Assembly (NCBI GenBank): GCA_014653365.1
Contig: JACWEQ010000004.1
Span: 40,997-104,996, forward strand
Reading direction: 5' to 3'
Origin: Pelagibacterales bacterium SAG-MED49
Lineage (GTDB): Bacteria; Pseudomonadota; Alphaproteobacteria; Pelagibacterales; Pelagibacteraceae
Length of the DNA: 64,000 nucleotides
The position numbers and the translations under genes were made by a program. Position 1 is the stretch's first letter. Every line of letters starts with the position of its first letter. The notes below the pieces were generated by a model, which ran no database searches, was not told where the DNA came from, and saw nothing but the letters and a program-made list of their open reading frames with translations. This document shows positions 61,412 to 64,000 of the stretch, one piece after another.

Positions 61412-62025
61412 TTAATCAGTTTATCTATTTTATTCAAAATTATTTTTTCATTATTTTCAATATTTAAATTTGAGTTAATTAATTGATATTTTCTATTATT
61501 AATATTAGATAGCTTAATAAATCCTCTTTGAACTTTGTTATAAAATTTCATATTAAACTTATCATATCTATTAAGGGATTTTCTTTTTTTTAATCTCTCA
61601 TACAAATTTTTATTATTAACAAGATTTAAAAAAGTGAAATCTACTTTTATATTTTTAAGTAAGAACTTATTTAATATTTTTATTAAATTAATATCGACAC
61701 CCATACCATAGTGCTGATAAGCTATAGTTGAATCAGTAAATCTATCAATCAAAATAATTTTTTTATGAAAATACTTTTGTATTTGAGACATGTTTTCACT
61801 TCTCGCAGCCATATATAAAAGTAAATCAGTATTTTTATTAAAATTTGATCTATTGCTAAGGATTATTTTTCTTATTTTTTCTGAATTTTGGCTTCCACCT
61901 GGTTCCCTTATTTTTAAGAAATCAATTTTATTATTCTTTAAATATTTAGAAACTATTGATATGTGGTGACTTTTTCCACTACCCTCTATACCTTCAAAAA
62001 CAATAATTGGTTTTTTAGACATCAC
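61408..62025 (-). CDS. tmk: Thymidylate kinase
   Basis: FEGIEGSGKS, REPGG, DRFTDSTIAYQ. Confidence 0.96.
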   Translation of the reverse strand: MMSKKPIIVFEGIEGSGKSHHISIVSKYLKNNKIDFLKIREPGGSQNSEKIRKIILSNRSNFNKNTDLLLYMAARSENMSQIQKYFHKKIILIDRFTDSTIAYQHYGMGVDINLIKILNKFLLKNIKVDFTFLNLVNNKNLYERLKKRKSLNRYDKFNMKFYNKVQRGFIKLSNINNRKYQLINSNLNIENNEKIILNKIDKLIK

Positions 62026-63166
62026 CCCAAATAAGGTAGTTTAATGATTTTAACAACCTTGAAAATAGGTTTACTTTTTTAACATTATTTGATGCCAGTA
62101 AGTCGTATTCACCAACTATTTCATCGCTATAAACTACTTTAAGAATTGCAATTTTGTCACCTTTATTTATAGGTGCTTCAACTGGACCGTCATATTTAAC
62201 AGATACTTTTAATAATTTTTTTTTAGCTTTTTTAATTGTTTTGTAGATATCTTGATTTGTATATACATTAACTGAATTTTCTTTTCCAAGCCAAACATCA
62301 ATATTATACATAGGTTCATTTGCTGTAGAGATATTTACAAGATCATAATTTGTTAGTCCGTATGTTAGTAGTTTTGTGCTTTCTCTTGATCTTGCATTTT
62401 TTGAATTAAAACCACTACCTACAGCTATAAGTCTTCTTCCATTTCTATTAATTGATGAAGCTAACGAATATTTTTCCACAGCTAGGTATCCTGTTTTTAT
62501 TCCATCAGCACCTAAGTTTTTATAAAGAAGGGGGTTTCTATTACCTTGGGTTATAGGTTCACCACCAGTTCTATCCCAAGTGAATTTCTTTTCTGCAAAC
62601 ATTTGATAGAATTTAGGATGTTTTTTAATCAAATATTTTGACATTTTAAGAATATCTCTAACGGTAGAGTAGTTATCAGGGTTGTTAATTCCTGATGAAT
62701 TAGCAAAATTGGTATTTTCCATCCCAATTTCCTTGGCTTTTGTGGTCATTAAAATTGCAAATTCCTCCTCAGTACCTGCAATACCCTCTGCCAATGCAAT
62801 GCAAGCATCATTTCCAGATGCAATAATTATTCCTTTTAATAAATTTTCTACAGAAACTTCGTCACCTACCATAATGAACATAGAAGAGTAGCCAGAGGTT
62901 GATAGTCTCCAAGCTTTTTCTGAAATAATAAATTTTTCATCTAGTTTTAAATCGCCAGATTTAATTAAATCAAAAGCAATAATTGATGTCATGATTTTGG
63001 TCATTGAAGCTGGATATATCGATATGTCTGCTTCTTTTGCGTAAAGTATTTCACCAGAATGATAATCTTGCAAAATAGCTGTTCTAGCTTTTATGTCTAA
63101 ATTAGCATTTGCAAACTTAAAAATAAAAGAACTTAATAAAATATATATAAATAGTTTTTTAAACAT
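62015..63166 (-). CDS. D-alanyl-D-alanine carboxypeptidase (PBP5/6 family)
   Basis: PASMTK, SGN, KTG motifs. Confidence 0.94.
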   Translation of the reverse strand: MFKKLFIYILLSSFIFKFANANLDIKARTAILQDYHSGEILYAKEADISIYPASMTKIMTSIIAFDLIKSGDLKLDEKFIISEKAWRLSTSGYSSMFIMVGDEVSVENLLKGIIIASGNDACIALAEGIAGTEEEFAILMTTKAKEIGMENTNFANSSGINNPDNYSTVRDILKMSKYLIKKHPKFYQMFAEKKFTWDRTGGEPITQGNRNPLLYKNLGADGIKTGYLAVEKYSLASSINRNGRRLIAVGSGFNSKNARSRESTKLLTYGLTNYDLVNISTANEPMYNIDVWLGKENSVNVYTNQDIYKTIKKAKKKLLKVSVKYDGPVEAPINKGDKIAILKVVYSDEIVGEYDLLASNNVKKVNLFSRLLKSLNYLIWGDV

Positions 63167-63923
63167 CTTTTAAAATTTCTAAATTTTCAAAATTTAATAA
63201 TTTAATATTATTAAATGACTCTTCTAATTTTTTTATATCATTAAAAGGACCTAATAGTACCCTATATTTTGTCTTAGATAGTTTCTTTATTGAAGGATCT
63301 GTAATACTTGTCTCACTTATTATTCTATTAATCATAGTTTCTGCAGAATCTTTATAATAGAAATCTGCTATTTTAATTGAATATTTAAAAATATTATCTT
63401 TAATAATTTTTTTATTCTTAGTTTTTGTATCGCTTATTATATCAATTTTAATACCATCAACAGGAGCTTTTTCAGCAACTTTTTTTTCTTCATCAAATGT
63501 TTTTGCTTTTTTTGCAATAAATGTTGAATTTTGAGAAATCAAAATTAAATCAATATATGGTTCATTTAAATTAAGAGACAGCTCTTCTGCAATTCTCATT
63601 GTGATAACTGAATTATAAAATTGAGGAAATTTTACTTTATTAGATATAACTTTAGCTATTATTGTTTTTTGATTCAATGGATTGGTAATTTTTACAAATG
63701 AGTCTTTTTTTAAGTTTTTGTGAAATATTATTAATGCTCTATTATCAATTCTTTTTGAAATTTTTTTCTCTTTCCTTAAATCATTATTATAGACAAGTGT
63801 AAAACCTGTATTTTTATATTTTTGTTCTGATGAAAATTTTATTGAATTTTTATTTTGAGTATCTTGATTGCAGCCAGCTAATATAAAAATAGTTAATATT
63901 AGTAATATAATTTTATAGTTCAT
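63159..63923 (-). CDS. RlpA-like lipoprotein with C-terminal SPOR domain (divergent)
   Basis: Lipobox LAGC, VKITN..N.K.I, YRVLLGPF; position between mltB and dac. Confidence 0.7.
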   Translation of the reverse strand: MNYKIILLILTIFILAGCNQDTQNKNSIKFSSEQKYKNTGFTLVYNNDLRKEKKISKRIDNRALIIFHKNLKKDSFVKITNPLNQKTIIAKVISNKVKFPQFYNSVITMRIAEELSLNLNEPYIDLILISQNSTFIAKKAKTFDEEKKVAEKAPVDGIKIDIISDTKTKNKKIIKDNIFKYSIKIADFYYKDSAETMINRIISETSITDPSIKKLSKTKYRVLLGPFNDIKKLEESFNNIKLLNFENLEILKDV

Positions 63924-63999
63924 TTTTAAGTTTATCTTTTAAAGTGCACACAGCTAAAGAAAATCTTAGAGATCTATTCCATTGTAAAATTATTTCATA
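63913..63999 (-). CDS. 3' end of lytic murein transglycosylase (MltB-like), rest outside window
   Basis: YEIILQWNRSLRFSLAVCTLKDKLKNEL* resembles the MltB 'YNxS..YALAV' tail; mltB-rlpA-dac-tmk order. Confidence 0.6.
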   Translation of the reverse strand, partial: YEIILQWNRSLRFSLAVCTLKDKLKNEL

Positions 64000-64000
64000 A

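Overview
This is a very AT-rich, densely packed alphaproteobacterial chromosome segment, most consistent with a Pelagibacterales (SAR11) genome. The evidence is the tiny or overlapping intergenic spaces, alphaproteobacterial gene order and a SAM-V riboswitch before metY. Most of the window is core housekeeping: gatB, soxBDAG, dapA-smpB-folK-rsh-pyrE-pdxJ-acpS-lepB-rnc-recO, rpiB-glyA-nrdR-rib-nusB-thiL, hppA, plsX, rplM-rpsI-argC-hom, recJ, glpX, nhaA, metG, holB, tmk and dac, plus tRNA-Ser(GCT), tRNA-Glu(TTC) and tRNA-Pro(TGG). Gene orientation flips from almost all + (13.5-42.6 kb) to almost all - (43-64 kb), as expected at a replication terminus. At this switch lies a lone Cre-like tyrosine recombinase. 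It is preceded, 3 bp before its ATG, by a 37-bp imperfect palindrome (15-7-15, inner ATAA-N7-TTAT). This is the best candidate for an undescribed system: a single-recombinase chromosome-dimer resolution module analogous to XerS/difSL. Other leads are tandem SAM-II/SAM-V riboswitches with a linker that can cross-pair both aptamers, an O-methyltransferase coupled to trhO (possible mo5U34 pathway), an ABC permease with a lipobox beside soxBDAG, an eroding glycosyltransferase island, and a frameshifted DMT gene ending in a 27-bp tandem duplication. All calls come from reading the sequence; no database search was run.
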